A DNA stretch of 64,000 bases. It comes from a bacterium HR34 (lineage in GTDB: Bacteria; Patescibacteriota; Minisyncoccia; Minisyncoccales; HRBIN34). The position numbers were made by a program, and so were the translations under genes. The notes under the pieces are model-generated. The model worked only from the letters and a program-made list of their open reading frames with translations, was not told where the DNA came from and searched no databases. Location of the stretch: contig BEIK01000002.1 in NCBI GenBank assembly GCA_002923395.1, positions 1,965 to 65,964 of the forward strand. The letters are read 5' to 3'. This document shows positions 28,659 to 39,545 of the stretch, piece by piece; the first letter of the stretch is position 1, and each line of letters opens with the position of its first letter.

Positions 28659-30113
28659 ATGATAAATATAAAAAATATTTTATTTTCAAACACGAGTTTG
28701 TGGCAAACGGTTTTTAAAAATTTTTTTTGGCTATTTGTTGGTGAGTTTTTTTCAAGATTTTTAAGGTTCTTGTTGGTAATTTTGGCTATAAAAATTTTAG
28801 GCCCCCAAGAGTGGGGAGTTTTTGCTTATGCTGTTGGTTTTGGTGCCTTGGTGACAATTTTAGTTGATATAGGAGTAAGCCCTGTTTTGACAAGAGAAAT
28901 AGCGAAAGATAACAGTCAAGAAAACGTTGTAAGAGTGTTATCTAACTCTGCTTTTATTAAATTCGCAACAACACTAATTGGTTTTATAATTGTTTTCTTT
29001 TTGTCTCCTTATTTTTCTTCTATGAAAGAAGCCTTGCCTTTGTTCTCTTTGGTTGCTCTTATAATAACTTTTGACAATATAAGAGAGTTTGTTTTTTCTG
29101 TTGTGAGGGCTTTTGAAAGGATGGAACTTGAAGCCTTTGTAAATATAGTTACAAACCTTGGAATTCTTTTAACAGGTTTGTATGTTATCTATTATTTTCC
29201 GTCTGCCTATAATCTGGCTTTTGCTTATATGATAGGTTCAATGGTAGGCGCTTTTTACGGCATTTATTTAATTAAAGATAAACTAAAAGGTTTGTTCTCA
29301 AAGATATCTTTGAGTATGGTAAAAATGTTTTTTGTTGCGTCTATGCCATTTGCCTTATATCAATCTTTATCAGCAGCGCTTTTTAACACAGATTTATATT
29401 TAATAGGCTATTTCAAAGGCGCAAAAGATGTAGGTTTTTATTCTGCTTTTCAAAGAATCGCTTTACTTATTTTTGTTTTGCCTTCTATATTCTCTTCATC
29501 TATATTTCCAAAGTTTTCTAAATTTTCACCCAGCGATAAAGACAAACTTTTAGATATTTTACAAAAATCTCTAAAGATATCGCTTTTTATAGGATTGCCT
29601 TTGTCTATTTTCGCAATTGTTTTTGCTGATAAAATAATACCTTTAATATTTTCTCAGGAATTTTCTCAACATACCTTAACATTTCAAGTTTTAATGTTTA
29701 CCTTTCTTTTGGCTTTTCCAATGTCAATTTTTGGAAACTTGTTGTTTTCGCTTCACAGAGAAAAAGAGTTTATTAAATTATTTATAATATCTTTTTTAAT
29801 AAATTTAATTTTCGACATTCTTTTAATTGATAAGTACGGAATCTTGGGCGCTGCTTTTGGTGTTTTTGTGGCTCAGGCATTTTCAACATCTTATTTTTAT
29901 TATTTATCAAAACAAATATTTAAAAAGCCAATTTTCTATAATGTTAGCAAAATAGTTTTGAGTTCTATTTTGCTTTTTGCTTTTTTGATGTTTTTGAGTT
30001 TTTTAAATATAAACTATATAATCTCCCTTGCTTCGGGAGTTTTGTTTTATATTTTGGTTTTAAGATATTTAAAAGAAGATTTATTGTTAAAGTTAAAAGC
30101 TCTAAGAGGGTAG
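28659..30113 (+). CDS. Polysaccharide flippase (Wzx, MOP superfamily)
   Basis: About 12-14 TM helices; LG...WG.F, D.G.....REIA and VG.YS motifs. Confidence 0.88.
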   Translation: MINIKNILFSNTSLWQTVFKNFFWLFVGEFFSRFLRFLLVILAIKILGPQEWGVFAYAVGFGALVTILVDIGVSPVLTREIAKDNSQENVVRVLSNSAFIKFATTLIGFIIVFFLSPYFSSMKEALPLFSLVALIITFDNIREFVFSVVRAFERMELEAFVNIVTNLGILLTGLYVIYYFPSAYNLAFAYMIGSMVGAFYGIYLIKDKLKGLFSKISLSMVKMFFVASMPFALYQSLSAALFNTDLYLIGYFKGAKDVGFYSAFQRIALLIFVLPSIFSSSIFPKFSKFSPSDKDKLLDILQKSLKISLFIGLPLSIFAIVFADKIIPLIFSQEFSQHTLTFQVLMFTFLLAFPMSIFGNLLFSLHREKEFIKLFIISFLINLIFDILLIDKYGILGAAFGVFVAQAFSTSYFYYLSKQIFKKPIFYNVSKIVLSSILLFAFLMFLSFLNINYIISLASGVLFYILVLRYLKEDLLLKLKALRG

Positions 30114-30305
30114 TTTTACATTATTCTTTGCCAATGTTTTTGCGCACTTCATGCAAACTCTTATTTTAATACCTTTATCTATTTCAATTTTTTTAAGGTT
30201 TGGTTTTTGCCTTTTCTTTTGCGTTGGATTGTACTTGCCTCTTAATTTTTTTAACTTTACAGCAGTCCTTGTTGTTTTTTTACAAAGTTCGCATTGTCTT
30301 GCCAT
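30102..30305 (-). CDS. rpmB: 50S ribosomal protein L28
   Basis: MARQCELC...KRQKPNL...VCMKC.K. Confidence 0.9.
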   Translation of the reverse strand: MARQCELCKKTTRTAVKLKKLRGKYNPTQKKRQKPNLKKIEIDKGIKIRVCMKCAKTLAKNNVKLPS

Positions 30306-30364
30306 ATTTTATATTTATTTGTTATATTGTTAATATTATACAAAATTAATTTTTTTTCAAGTTT

Positions 30365-30979
30365 ATGTTAATTTCTCAATTAATTAGCGACCCAATTTTA
30401 TTTTTTATAATTTTAATATCCCTTATAATAGCCTTTAGCGTTCACGAGTACTTCCACGCTTTCGCCGCCTACAGGCTTGGTGATCCTACTGCCAAGTTTC
30501 AAGGCAGGTTAACTCTTAATCCAATATCTCACATAGATCCATTAGGTTTTATTTTGCTTTTGTTTTTAGGTTTTGGTTGGGCAAAGCCAACCCCTGTTAA
30601 TCCTTTTAACTTTTCGAATAAAAGGTGGGGAAGTTTGTATGTTTCAATTGCAGGACCTTTGTCTAACTTTGGTATGGCAATTTTTGCGGGTTTAATTTTG
30701 CATTTTGGTTTCTTAACTTCAGAGTTGTCAATTAATTTTTTAGTCTCGTTTGTATATATAAATGTTTTGTTAGGAGTTTTTAATCTTTTGCCTTTTGCTC
30801 CTTTAGATGGTTTTCATATTTTTACATCTTTGTTTAGGCCAGAAAGATTTAGCCATTATACATTGCTCCTTGCAAATCCTTTTATGGTTATAATAGCGGT
30901 TTTTTTAATGATGTGGGTTATGATAGATTACGTTGTTAAACCAATAACAAGAATTTTAACAGGAGATCTACTGTTTTAG
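30365..30979 (+). CDS. Site-2 protease family (M50) protein
   Basis: HEYFH, GD.T....GR.TLNP, AGP.SN and FNLLP..PLDG motifs. Confidence 0.92.
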   Translation: MLISQLISDPILFFIILISLIIAFSVHEYFHAFAAYRLGDPTAKFQGRLTLNPISHIDPLGFILLLFLGFGWAKPTPVNPFNFSNKRWGSLYVSIAGPLSNFGMAIFAGLILHFGFLTSELSINFLVSFVYINVLLGVFNLLPFAPLDGFHIFTSLFRPERFSHYTLLLANPFMVIIAVFLMMWVMIDYVVKPITRILTGDLLF

Positions 30980-31021
30980 AATTGTAAATTTGTTTTATAA
31001 AACTAGAACAATTCAAATAAT

Positions 31022-31050
31022 TTGACAATTTTTTTTCAATATACTAAATT
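31022..31050 (+). promoter_or_regulatory. str operon promoter
   Basis: TTGACA-N17-TAAATT. Confidence 0.6.
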
Positions 31051-31095
31051 TATAACTATTATTAAAAGTAAGCAAATATTGAAGTAATTTAATTT

Positions 31096-31518
31096 ATGCC
31101 AACAATAAATCAGTTAATTAAAAAACCAAGGAAGCAAAAAACAAAGAGAACAAAGTCTCCTGCCTTGAAGTTTGGTTTTAATACTTTAAAAAACAAAAAA
31201 GTTTATCACCCATCTCCTTTTAAAAGAGGAGTTTGTATTAAAGTGTTTACAACAACACCTAAAAAACCAAACTCTGCTTTGAGGAAGGTTGCAAGAGTGA
31301 AACTTACTAATGGAATGGAAGTAACAGCTTACATTCCTGGTATTGGCCACAATCTACAGGAGCACTCAGTTGTTTTGATAAGAGGTGGTAGAGTTAAAGA
31401 TTTGCCAGGTGTAAGATATTATGTGGTTAGAGGTGTTTTAGATGCAGCAGGAGTTGAGGGTAGAAAACAAGAAAGGTCTAAATATGGAGTTAAAAAGCCT
31501 AAAGATGAAAATAAATAA
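31096..31518 (+). CDS. rpsL: 30S ribosomal protein S12
   Basis: [17 protein letters not shown] and KDLPGVRY motifs. Confidence 0.99.
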   Translation: MPTINQLIKKPRKQKTKRTKSPALKFGFNTLKNKKVYHPSPFKRGVCIKVFTTTPKKPNSALRKVARVKLTNGMEVTAYIPGIGHNLQEHSVVLIRGGRVKDLPGVRYYVVRGVLDAAGVEGRKQERSKYGVKKPKDENK

Positions 31519-31523
31519 AAAAT

Positions 31524-31973
31524 ATGAAGGTAGAAATCAAACCAGATCCTAAATACAATAGTGTTTTAGTTGAGAAATTTGTAAATCAAATAATGAAAAA
31601 TGGAAAAAAGTCAGTTGCAAGAAAAATAGTTTATAATTGTTTTGAAATAATTAAAAATACGACAAAAAAAGATCCTTTAGAAGTTTTTGAAAAGGCAATC
31701 AAAAATGTTGGTCCTTTGGTTGAGGTGAGGCCAAAAAGAATTGGTGGTGCTACTTATCAGGTTCCTTTTCCTGTTTCTGAAAAAAGAAGGATAAGTTTGG
31801 CTATGAAATGGATAAGAGATATTGCAAGAAAAAAGAAAGGAAAAGGGATGGCTGAAAAATTAGCGCAAGAAATAATAGATGCTTCCAACAATATAGGCGC
31901 CGCTGTTAAAAAGAAAGAAGATACTCACAAAATGGCAGAAGCAAACAAGGCTTTTGCTCATTTTGCTTCATAA
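31524..31973 (+). CDS. rpsG: 30S ribosomal protein S7
   Basis: [10 protein letters not shown] and [13 protein letters not shown] motifs. Confidence 0.99.
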   Translation: MKVEIKPDPKYNSVLVEKFVNQIMKNGKKSVARKIVYNCFEIIKNTTKKDPLEVFEKAIKNVGPLVEVRPKRIGGATYQVPFPVSEKRRISLAMKWIRDIARKKKGKGMAEKLAQEIIDASNNIGAAVKKKEDTHKMAEANKAFAHFAS

Positions 31974-31989
31974 AAAATAAAAAAAACTT

Positions 31990-34098
31990 ATGGCAAGACT
32001 ATATCCAATAGAAAGATATAGAAATATAGGAATTATAGCGCACATAGATGCGGGTAAAACAACGACTACCGAAAGAATTTTATTTTACACAGGCATTTCC
32101 CATAAAATAGGTGAGGTTCACGAGGGTGAAGCGATTATGGACTGGATGGAACAAGAAAAAGAAAGAGGTATAACAATTACAGCCGCTGCCACCACATGTT
32201 TCTGGATACCAACTTATGAAAAAGAAAAATTAAAAGAAAAAGAATACAGAATAAACATTATAGACACTCCAGGCCACATAGATTTTACAGTTGAAGTACA
32301 AAGATCTCTGAGAGTTTTAGACGGTGCTGTTGTTATTTTTGATGGTGTTGCTGGTGTTGAACCTCAATCTGAAACTGTTTGGCGTCAAGCTGATAAATAT
32401 ATGGTGCCCAGAATATGTTTTGCCAATAAAATGGATAGAATGGGGGCATCTTTTGATTATGTTTTAGATTCGATAAGAAAGAAGTTAACAAACAACGCTA
32501 TTCCTATACAAATGCCAATAGGTCAAGAAAGCGATTTTAAGGGAGTTATAGATTTATTAAGAATGAAGGCATATTATTTTGATGGTGATTTTGGTCAAAT
32601 TGTTAGAGAAGAAGAAATACCTCCAAATTTAGTTGAAAAAGCAAAACAATTAAGATATCAGACGATTGAAAGAATTATATCAGAAGATGATCAGTTGATG
32701 GAGGATTATTTAAACGGAAAAGATATACCTCTTGAAAAAATTAAGCAGGTTTTGAGAAAATCAGTTTTAAGTTATAAATTAGTTCCTGTATTATGTGGAG
32801 CTTCTCTGCAAAATAAAGGTGTTCAACTTTTACTCGATGCTATTTGTGACTATTTGCCATCTCCAAAAGATCTTCCACCTATTAAAGGTATAAATCCAAA
32901 AACCAATAAGGAGGAAGTAAGGCATCCAGATGACTCCGAGCCATTTTGCGCTCTTGCCTTTAAAATTGCAGCCGATCCTTATGTTGGTACTTTAACATAT
33001 TTTAGGGTTTACTCAGGTTCATTGAAAAAGGGTTCTTATGTTTTAAACTCAACGACAGGAGAAAAAGAAAGAATTGGAAGAATTTTAAGAATGCATGCTA
33101 ATCAAAGAGAGGATGTTGATGAAGTGTTTGCAGGAGATTTAGCAGCAACTGTTGGTTTGAAAAATACTTTAACAGGCCACACTTTATGCGACGAAAACCA
33201 TCCTATTGTTTTAGAAAAAATTACTTTCCCAGAGCCTGTTATTTCAGTAAGAATAGAACCAAAAACAAAAGCAGATCAGGAGAAATTGTCTATAGCACTT
33301 AAAAAGTTAGCTGAAGAAGACCCGACTTTTAGAGTTAAAACTGATTTAGAAACAGGGGATACTTTAATATCTGGAATGGGAGAGTTGCATTTGGAAATTA
33401 TTGTTGACAGACTAAAGAGAGAATTTAAAGTGGAAGCCAACATAGGTAAACCCCAGGTTGCTTATAAAGAAACAATTTTAGGTAAGGCTGAGGCTGAAGG
33501 AAAATATATAAGGCAATCTGGTGGAAGGGGTCAGTATGGTCATGTTTGGTTAAGGGTTGAACCCTTAGAAAGAGGCAAGGGTTTGGAATTTGTTGATGAG
33601 ATTAAAGGAGGTATTATACCGCAAGAGTTTATTCCTGCAGTAGAAAAAGGTGTGAAAGAGGCTGCTGAAAAGGGAATTTTGGCAGGTTATCCCGTGGTAG
33701 ACTTAAAGGTTACTTTATACGATGGTTCTTTTCACGAGGTTGATTCTTCAGAATTTGCTTTTAAAATAGCTTCATCTATAGCTCTTCAAGAGGCCTGCAA
33801 GAAAGCAAAACCTATTTTACTGGAACCAATAATGAAATTGGAAGTTATTACACCTTCCGAATTTTTTGGTGATGTTATAGGAGATTTGAATGCAAGAAGA
33901 GGAAAGATAGAGGATACAGAAGATAAAGATAACTTAAAGATTATTAAGGCAAAAGTTCCTTTAGCTGAAATGTTTGGTTATGCAACATCTCTAAGATCTT
34001 TAACTCAAGGAAGAGGTAATTTTAATATGGAATTTTCTCACTATGAACCAGTTCCCCAGAACATTGCCCAAGAAATAATAGAAGGTAAAAGGAAATAA
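31990..34098 (+). CDS. fusA: Elongation factor G
   Basis: [20 protein letters not shown] and GMGELHL motifs. Confidence 0.99.
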   Translation: MARLYPIERYRNIGIIAHIDAGKTTTTERILFYTGISHKIGEVHEGEAIMDWMEQEKERGITITAAATTCFWIPTYEKEKLKEKEYRINIIDTPGHIDFTVEVQRSLRVLDGAVVIFDGVAGVEPQSETVWRQADKYMVPRICFANKMDRMGASFDYVLDSIRKKLTNNAIPIQMPIGQESDFKGVIDLLRMKAYYFDGDFGQIVREEEIPPNLVEKAKQLRYQTIERIISEDDQLMEDYLNGKDIPLEKIKQVLRKSVLSYKLVPVLCGASLQNKGVQLLLDAICDYLPSPKDLPPIKGINPKTNKEEVRHPDDSEPFCALAFKIAADPYVGTLTYFRVYSGSLKKGSYVLNSTTGEKERIGRILRMHANQREDVDEVFAGDLAATVGLKNTLTGHTLCDENHPIVLEKITFPEPVISVRIEPKTKADQEKLSIALKKLAEEDPTFRVKTDLETGDTLISGMGELHLEIIVDRLKREFKVEANIGKPQVAYKETILGKAEAEGKYIRQSGGRGQYGHVWLRVEPLERGKGLEFVDEIKGGIIPQEFIPAVEKGVKEAAEKGILAGYPVVDLKVTLYDGSFHEVDSSEFAFKIASSIALQEACKKAKPILLEPIMKLEVITPSEFFGDVIGDLNARRGKIEDTEDKDNLKIIKAKVPLAEMFGYATSLRSLTQGRGNFNMEFSHYEPVPQNIAQEIIEGKRK

Positions 34099-34111
34099 TT
34101 AAATTAAAAAT

Positions 34112-34417
34112 ATGGATTTTGAAAATTTTAAAAAAATTATAGAACACGACAAAGATGCCAAGTTTATATTTATCGAAGACGGAAAACCATCTTTTGTAAT
34201 TATAAGTTTTGAGAAATATCTAAGTTTAATATCCAATGGAAATAAAATGGTTTTACAAGATACACAACAGAGCAAAAATTTAGATATTATTAAGAAAGGT
34301 TTTTTTGGAAACAATAATTATGATTTGTCGCAAAAATTAAACAAAGAACTTGATTTGTTAAAAGATGATAGTGAAAGTAATAAAGAAATTGTTGACATAG
34401 AGCATTTTTCAATTTAA
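34112..34417 (+). CDS. Hypothetical protein with a Phd/YefM-like N-terminus, inside the str operon
   Basis: IFIEDGKPSFVIISFEKY pattern followed by an acidic tail. Confidence 0.65.
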   Translation: MDFENFKKIIEHDKDAKFIFIEDGKPSFVIISFEKYLSLISNGNKMVLQDTQQSKNLDIIKKGFFGNNNYDLSQKLNKELDLLKDDSESNKEIVDIEHFSI

Positions 34418-34418
34418 T

Positions 34419-34446
34419 TTGACTTTATTTTATTTTTTAGTATGAT
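34419..34446 (+). promoter_or_regulatory. Internal promoter upstream of tuf
   Basis: TTGACT-N16-TATGAT. Confidence 0.55.
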
Positions 34447-34517
34447 TAATATTATAAATATAAGGTCGTAATATAAAAAATTACTAACAAAATTATTAAA
34501 AATTTTAAATAAAAAAC

Positions 34518-35717
34518 ATGGCAGAAAAAGAAAAATTCGTAAGAGGGAAACCTCACTTAAACATTGGTACATTAGGACACGTTGATCATGGTAAAACCAC
34601 AACGACAGCCGCTATTTTGCACTGCTTAAAATTAAAAGGGTTGGTAAAAGAAGAGAAATCTGTTGATCAAATTGACGCCGCACCAGAAGAAAAAGCAAGA
34701 GGATTGACTATTTCAATATCGCATTTGGAATATGAAACAGAGAAAAGACATTACGCTCATATTGATTGTCCAGGGCACGCTGATTACGTTAAAAATATGA
34801 TAACAGGTGCAGCGCAGATGGATGGAGCAGTTTTAGTCGTTTCAGCAGCCGATGGTGTTATGCCACAGACAAGAGAACACGTTTTGTTGGCGAAGCAGGT
34901 TGGCGTTCCATCAATGGTAGTTTACTTAAATAAAATTGATATGGTAGATGATCCAGAACTTATAGATTTAGTTGAGGCAGAAGTTAGGGAATTGCTTAAA
35001 AAATATGATTTTCCGGGAGATGAAGTGCCTGTGGTAAGAGGATCTTCTTTGAAGGCATTAGAAGCAACATCTCCAGATGATGAATGGGCAAAGAAGATAT
35101 ACGCACTTTTAGATGCAGTAGATAATTATATTCCAGAGCCCCAAAGAGACATTGATAAACCATTTTTGCTGGCAATAGAAGATGTGTTTAGTATTCAAGG
35201 TAGAGGAACAGTTGTAACAGGAAGAGTTGAAAGAGGAAAATTAAAGCCAAACGATGAAGTTGAAATAGTTGGTTTAAGACCAACACAAAAAACAGTTGCT
35301 GTTTCAATAGAGATGTTTCAAAAGGTATTAGATGAAGCAGTTGCAGGTGATAACATTGGTGTTCTGTTAAGAGGTATTAAAAAAGAAGATGTTGAAAGAG
35401 GTCAGGTTTTGGCAGTACCAGGAACTATAACACCCCATACAGAATTTGAAGCAGAAGTATATGTCTTAACAAAAGAAGAAGGAGGAAGAAGTACACCTTT
35501 CTTTTCTGGTTATAAACCTCAATTTTACTTTAGAACAACAGATGTAACAGGTGAGGTAACATTGCCCGAAGGAGTTGAAATGGTTATGCCAGGAGATACA
35601 GTTAATTTAAAAGTAAAGTTAATAGCACCCATTGCTATGGAAGAGCAACAAAGGTTTGCGATCAGAGAGGGTGGTAAAACAGTAGGTGCTGGAGTAGTAA
35701 CAAAGATTATAAAATAA
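34518..35717 (+). CDS. tuf: Elongation factor Tu
   Basis: [24 protein letters not shown] and NKID motifs. Confidence 0.99.
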   Translation: MAEKEKFVRGKPHLNIGTLGHVDHGKTTTTAAILHCLKLKGLVKEEKSVDQIDAAPEEKARGLTISISHLEYETEKRHYAHIDCPGHADYVKNMITGAAQMDGAVLVVSAADGVMPQTREHVLLAKQVGVPSMVVYLNKIDMVDDPELIDLVEAEVRELLKKYDFPGDEVPVVRGSSLKALEATSPDDEWAKKIYALLDAVDNYIPEPQRDIDKPFLLAIEDVFSIQGRGTVVTGRVERGKLKPNDEVEIVGLRPTQKTVAVSIEMFQKVLDEAVAGDNIGVLLRGIKKEDVERGQVLAVPGTITPHTEFEAEVYVLTKEEGGRSTPFFSGYKPQFYFRTTDVTGEVTLPEGVEMVMPGDTVNLKVKLIAPIAMEEQQRFAIREGGKTVGAGVVTKIIK

Positions 35718-35741
35718 TTTTAAGCATTGTAATTCAAGAAA

Positions 35742-36074
35742 ATGTCAGCACAAAAAGCAAAAATGAAAGCAAGAAATAAGATAAGAATAAAACTGAAAGC
35801 GTTTGATTCAAAAGTGATAGATGCCAGTGCTAAAAAAATAATGGAAACTGCCATTCGTCAGGGAAGTGATGTTGTAGGTCCAATTCCTTTGCCAACAGAA
35901 ATTCAGAAAATCACAGTAAACAGATCAACATTTGTTCATAAAGATGCAAGAGAGCAGTTTGAAATAAGGGTTCACAAGCGCATCATTGACATATTAAATC
36001 CAAATCCAAAAGTAATTGATGCTTTAACAAATCTTAGTTTGCCAGCAGGTGTGAATATTGAAATAAAAATGTAA
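35742..36074 (+). CDS. rpsJ: 30S ribosomal protein S10
   Basis: [16 protein letters not shown] and REQFE motifs. Confidence 0.98.
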   Translation: MSAQKAKMKARNKIRIKLKAFDSKVIDASAKKIMETAIRQGSDVVGPIPLPTEIQKITVNRSTFVHKDAREQFEIRVHKRIIDILNPNPKVIDALTNLSLPAGVNIEIKM

Positions 36075-36137
36075 ATATAATCGATATATGATAAGTTTTA
36101 TAAAAATTATATAAAGTAAACAGGCCGGAATAATTTT

Positions 36138-36171
36138 ATCTAAAACCGGCCTTTAAAGGCCGGTTTTAGAT
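36138..36171. repeat. Perfect 34-bp palindrome between rpsJ and rplC
   Basis: ATCTAAAACCGGCCTTT|AAAGGCCGGTTTTAGAT. Confidence 0.9.
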
Positions 36172-36189
36172 TTAGGCAATAGAAAAATT

Positions 36190-36825
36190 ATGAAATTCAT
36201 ATTAGGAAAAAAAATAGGAATGACGCATATTTTTAACGAAAAAGGAGAGCAAGTTCCGGTTACTTTAGTTTTTTCAGACGGATGTGTAGTGTCACAGGTA
36301 AAAAATAAAGAAAAAGATAAATACACAGCGGTTCAAGTAGCATTTGAAAAAGTAAAGGAAAAAAATGTGCCAAAACCTGTTTTAGGTCATTTAAAAAGCA
36401 AGAAAATAGAAGGTGCTTTTAGATATTTAAGAGAGTTTAGGGTTCCTGAAAATGAAGTGCAAAACTTTAAAGAAGGAAGTGTAATTACTGTAGATGTTTT
36501 TAAACCAGGAGATATTGTTAAGGTTAGTGGAATATCAAAAGGCAAAATGTTCCAAGGAGGTGTTAAAAGATGGGGTTTTTCAGGTAGAAGTGAAACTCAT
36601 GGTGTAAAACATGAGCATAGGACGATAGGTTCTGTTGGAACACAAGGACTGGGTAAAGTATTAAAAGGAAAAAGAATGCCAGGTAGAACAGGAGGAGTGA
36701 GAGTTACCCAAAGAAACCTTGAGGTTGTGTTAGTTGATAAAGAAAATAATATATTAGGTATTAAAGGATCTGTTCCAGGTAGAAAAGATACTTTATTAAA
36801 AATAGAATCAATAGATAATAAATAA
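36190..36825 (+). CDS. rplC: 50S ribosomal protein L3
   Basis: GKKIGMT, SKGK.FQG and KGKRMPG motifs. Confidence 0.98.
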   Translation: MKFILGKKIGMTHIFNEKGEQVPVTLVFSDGCVVSQVKNKEKDKYTAVQVAFEKVKEKNVPKPVLGHLKSKKIEGAFRYLREFRVPENEVQNFKEGSVITVDVFKPGDIVKVSGISKGKMFQGGVKRWGFSGRSETHGVKHEHRTIGSVGTQGLGKVLKGKRMPGRTGGVRVTQRNLEVVLVDKENNILGIKGSVPGRKDTLLKIESIDNK

Positions 36826-36833
36826 TATTTCAT

Positions 36834-37484
36834 ATGTCAGAGGTTCCTGTATACAATTTCAAAACAGGAGAAAAAATTGACACGGTGAATTTACCCGATA
36901 ATATTTTCAATTATCCTTTAAACCAAGATTTAATTCATCAAGTTTTATATGTACAATCTTTAAGAAGGAAGCCAACATTAGCTCATACAAAAAACAGAGG
37001 TGAGGTTAGGGGAGGAGGCAGAAAGCCATGGAGGCAAAAAGGAACTGGTAGAGCAAGGCATGGGTCAATAAGATCTCCACTATGGAGAGGCGGTGGAGTT
37101 GTTTTTGGTCCAAGAAAAGAAAGAAATTACAAAAAAAACATACCAATAAAAATGAGAAGGAAAGCGCTTTTTAGTGTTTTATCGCAAAAAAACAGAGAGA
37201 AAGAATTAATAATTTTTGATAAAATAGATATTGATGAACCAAAAACCAAGATTCTTGCACAAAATTTAAAAATATTAAGGGATAAAATACAGGATTTTAA
37301 AAAAGGTTCGATGAATATTGTTTTGCCATCTAAAAATAAAAACATTTTTTTAGCGGCAAAGAATTTACCAAAAGTAAATACTATTTTGGCAAAGGATTTA
37401 AACGTGTTTGATTTATTAAATTTTAAATATGTTTTAATTGATGTGCCAGGAGTTGAGGTAATAAAAGAAACATTTAAGACATAA
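36834..37484 (+). CDS. rplD: 50S ribosomal protein L4
   Basis: KPWRQKGTGRAR.GS.RSP motif. Confidence 0.98.
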   Translation: MSEVPVYNFKTGEKIDTVNLPDNIFNYPLNQDLIHQVLYVQSLRRKPTLAHTKNRGEVRGGGRKPWRQKGTGRARHGSIRSPLWRGGGVVFGPRKERNYKKNIPIKMRRKALFSVLSQKNREKELIIFDKIDIDEPKTKILAQNLKILRDKIQDFKKGSMNIVLPSKNKNIFLAAKNLPKVNTILAKDLNVFDLLNFKYVLIDVPGVEVIKETFKT

Positions 37485-37488
37485 AAAT

Positions 37489-37920
37489 ATGAAAATTTTT
37501 GGAAGAAATAAAAAAATTAAGGATGACAAAAAAACAGAGAAAAATGAAAAAGAAGAGAATGTTGTGAAAGAAGAAAAGAAAAGTCAAGTTGTTGAGGAAA
37601 AAGAGGCAAAAGATGTAAGCTCGACAGATTCTTATTTGTATTCTTTAATAAAAAAACCAAGATTATCAGAAAAAGCTTTAGAATTGGTTTCTTCTCAAAA
37701 CAAATATATTTTTGATGTTGTGGAACACGCAAACAAAACTGAGATAAAAAAAGCAATAGAAAAAATTTTTAATGTAGAAGTCGTTAAGGTAAACATTGTT
37801 AAAAGACCACATAAACCAAAAAACTTAAGAGGAATAATAGGTAAGAAAGGTGGGGGTAAAAAGGCAATAGTAACAATAAAAAAGGGCCAAAAAATACCAA
37901 TTTATCCAGAACAAAAATAA
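37489..37920 (+). CDS. rplW: 50S ribosomal protein L23 with a charged N-terminal extension
   Basis: P.LSEKA, ANK.EIK.A.E and KKAIVT motifs; operon position. Confidence 0.95.
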   Translation: MKIFGRNKKIKDDKKTEKNEKEENVVKEEKKSQVVEEKEAKDVSSTDSYLYSLIKKPRLSEKALELVSSQNKYIFDVVEHANKTEIKKAIEKIFNVEVVKVNIVKRPHKPKNLRGIIGKKGGGKKAIVTIKKGQKIPIYPEQK

Positions 37921-37929
37921 TAGAAACAT

Positions 37930-38781
37930 ATGGCTTTAAAGAAAGTAAAACCAGTAACTCCAGGACAGAGACATATTGTAAAAGAGGATTTTTCTATTTT
38001 GACAAAAAAAGAGCCTGAAAAATCCTTGATTGTTAGATTGCCAAAAAGAGCTGGGAGATCGAAAACAACAGGTAGGATAACTACAAGACATAAAGGAGGA
38101 GGAGCAAGAAAATTGTATAGAATTATTGAATTTGGTCAAAGGAAGCTTGGTATTAAAGCTAAAGTTTTGGCAATAGAATATGATCCTAACAGAACTGCTT
38201 TTATAGCTTTAATTCAATATGAAGATGGAGATAAAGCATATATAATAGCGCCACAGAATTTAAAAGTTGGTGATGAAGTTGTTTGCGATGAGAAAGCAGA
38301 AATAAAAGAAGGAAATAGAATGAAACTAGAACATATTCCTGTTGGTACTCTTGTGTATAATGTGGAGATAGTACCAGGAGGAAAAGGTAAAATGGTAAGG
38401 GCAGCTGGAACTTCAGCCAAGGTTGTTGCTCATGAGGGCGATTACGTGCACTTACAAATGCCATCTGGTGAAGTAAGAAAAATTCATAAAAATTGTTTTG
38501 CAAGCATAGGTGCTATTTCAAGGCCAGATTGGAGATATACCGTTATTGGAAAGGCAGGTAGAGTAAGAAAGAAAGGTATAAGGCCAACCGTTAGAGGATC
38601 AGCGATGTCAGCTGTTGCGCATCCTCACGGAGGAGGAGAAGGAAAAACAGGAATAGGTTATAAATACCCAAGAACTCCATGGGGTAAACCTGCTCGTGGG
38701 GTAAAAACAAGAAAGAGAAAGAACACAGATCAATTTATAGTTATAAGTAGACACGATCTTAAGAATAAAAATAAAGCATAA
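37930..38781 (+). CDS. rplB: 50S ribosomal protein L2
   Basis: EYDPNR, RPTVRG and HPHGGGEG motifs. Confidence 0.99.
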   Translation: MALKKVKPVTPGQRHIVKEDFSILTKKEPEKSLIVRLPKRAGRSKTTGRITTRHKGGGARKLYRIIEFGQRKLGIKAKVLAIEYDPNRTAFIALIQYEDGDKAYIIAPQNLKVGDEVVCDEKAEIKEGNRMKLEHIPVGTLVYNVEIVPGGKGKMVRAAGTSAKVVAHEGDYVHLQMPSGEVRKIHKNCFASIGAISRPDWRYTVIGKAGRVRKKGIRPTVRGSAMSAVAHPHGGGEGKTGIGYKYPRTPWGKPARGVKTRKRKNTDQFIVISRHDLKNKNKA

Positions 38782-38799
38782 ATATAAATAATTAAAACT

Positions 38800-39114
38800 A
38801 TGACAAGAAGTTTAAAAAAAGGTCCATATATAGATAAAAGATTGTTGAAAAAGATCGAGGGCAAAAAACCGGATCCAAAATTAATAATTAAAACATGGTC
38901 AAGGAGCGCAACCATAACTCCTGAAATGGTAGGTTTTACTTTTGGTGTGCACAACGGCAAAGAATTCATTCCTGTTTATGTTACAGAGGAAATGGTTGGT
39001 CACAAACTTGGTGAGTTTGCTCCAACAACGAAATTTGTAAGACATGGTGGTAAGATGCAAAGAGAATTAGAAGCAAAGCAAAAAGAAGCTGAATTAAAGT
39101 CAATTAATAAATAA
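38800..39114 (+). CDS. rpsS: 30S ribosomal protein S19
   Basis: RSLKKGP, TWSR and GHKLGEF motifs. Confidence 0.99.
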   Translation: MTRSLKKGPYIDKRLLKKIEGKKPDPKLIIKTWSRSATITPEMVGFTFGVHNGKEFIPVYVTEEMVGHKLGEFAPTTKFVRHGGKMQRELEAKQKEAELKSINK

Positions 39115-39128
39115 ATTTTATAATTATT

Positions 39129-39515
39129 ATGGCAGTGAAAGCTAAATTAAAATATTTAAGGATAGCGCCGAGAAAAGTGAGGTTGGTTGCTGATATGGTA
39201 AGAGGCAAAAAAGTAAATGATGCCTTAGATATTTTAAGTTTTGTTGTTAAAAGAGCTGCTAAACCATTAAAGAAACTTTTACAATCTGCGATTGCCAACG
39301 CAGAAAATAATTTTAAGTTAGACAAAGATAATTTATTTATATCTAAAATTCTTGTAAATGAAGGTCCTAAATTAAAAAGATTTATGCCAAGAGCAATGGG
39401 AAGAGCTTTTATGATTCAGAAAAAAACATCACATATAGAAATAGAACTTGATGAAATTAAAAAAAATGATAAAACAGATAGTATTGCTTCCGGAGACAAA
39501 AAACCAAGAGAATAA
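39129..39515 (+). CDS. rplV: 50S ribosomal protein L22
   Basis: PRKVRLVAD, SAIANA and PRAMGRA motifs. Confidence 0.98.
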   Translation: MAVKAKLKYLRIAPRKVRLVADMVRGKKVNDALDILSFVVKRAAKPLKKLLQSAIANAENNFKLDKDNLFISKILVNEGPKLKRFMPRAMGRAFMIQKKTSHIEIELDEIKKNDKTDSIASGDKKPRE

Positions 39516-39545
39516 TAAACAAAAAATAGAAGCAAAAATAAAAAT

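Noticed and set aside
30151..30333. 60-aa + strand ORF
   Set aside because: Antisense shadow of rpmB.
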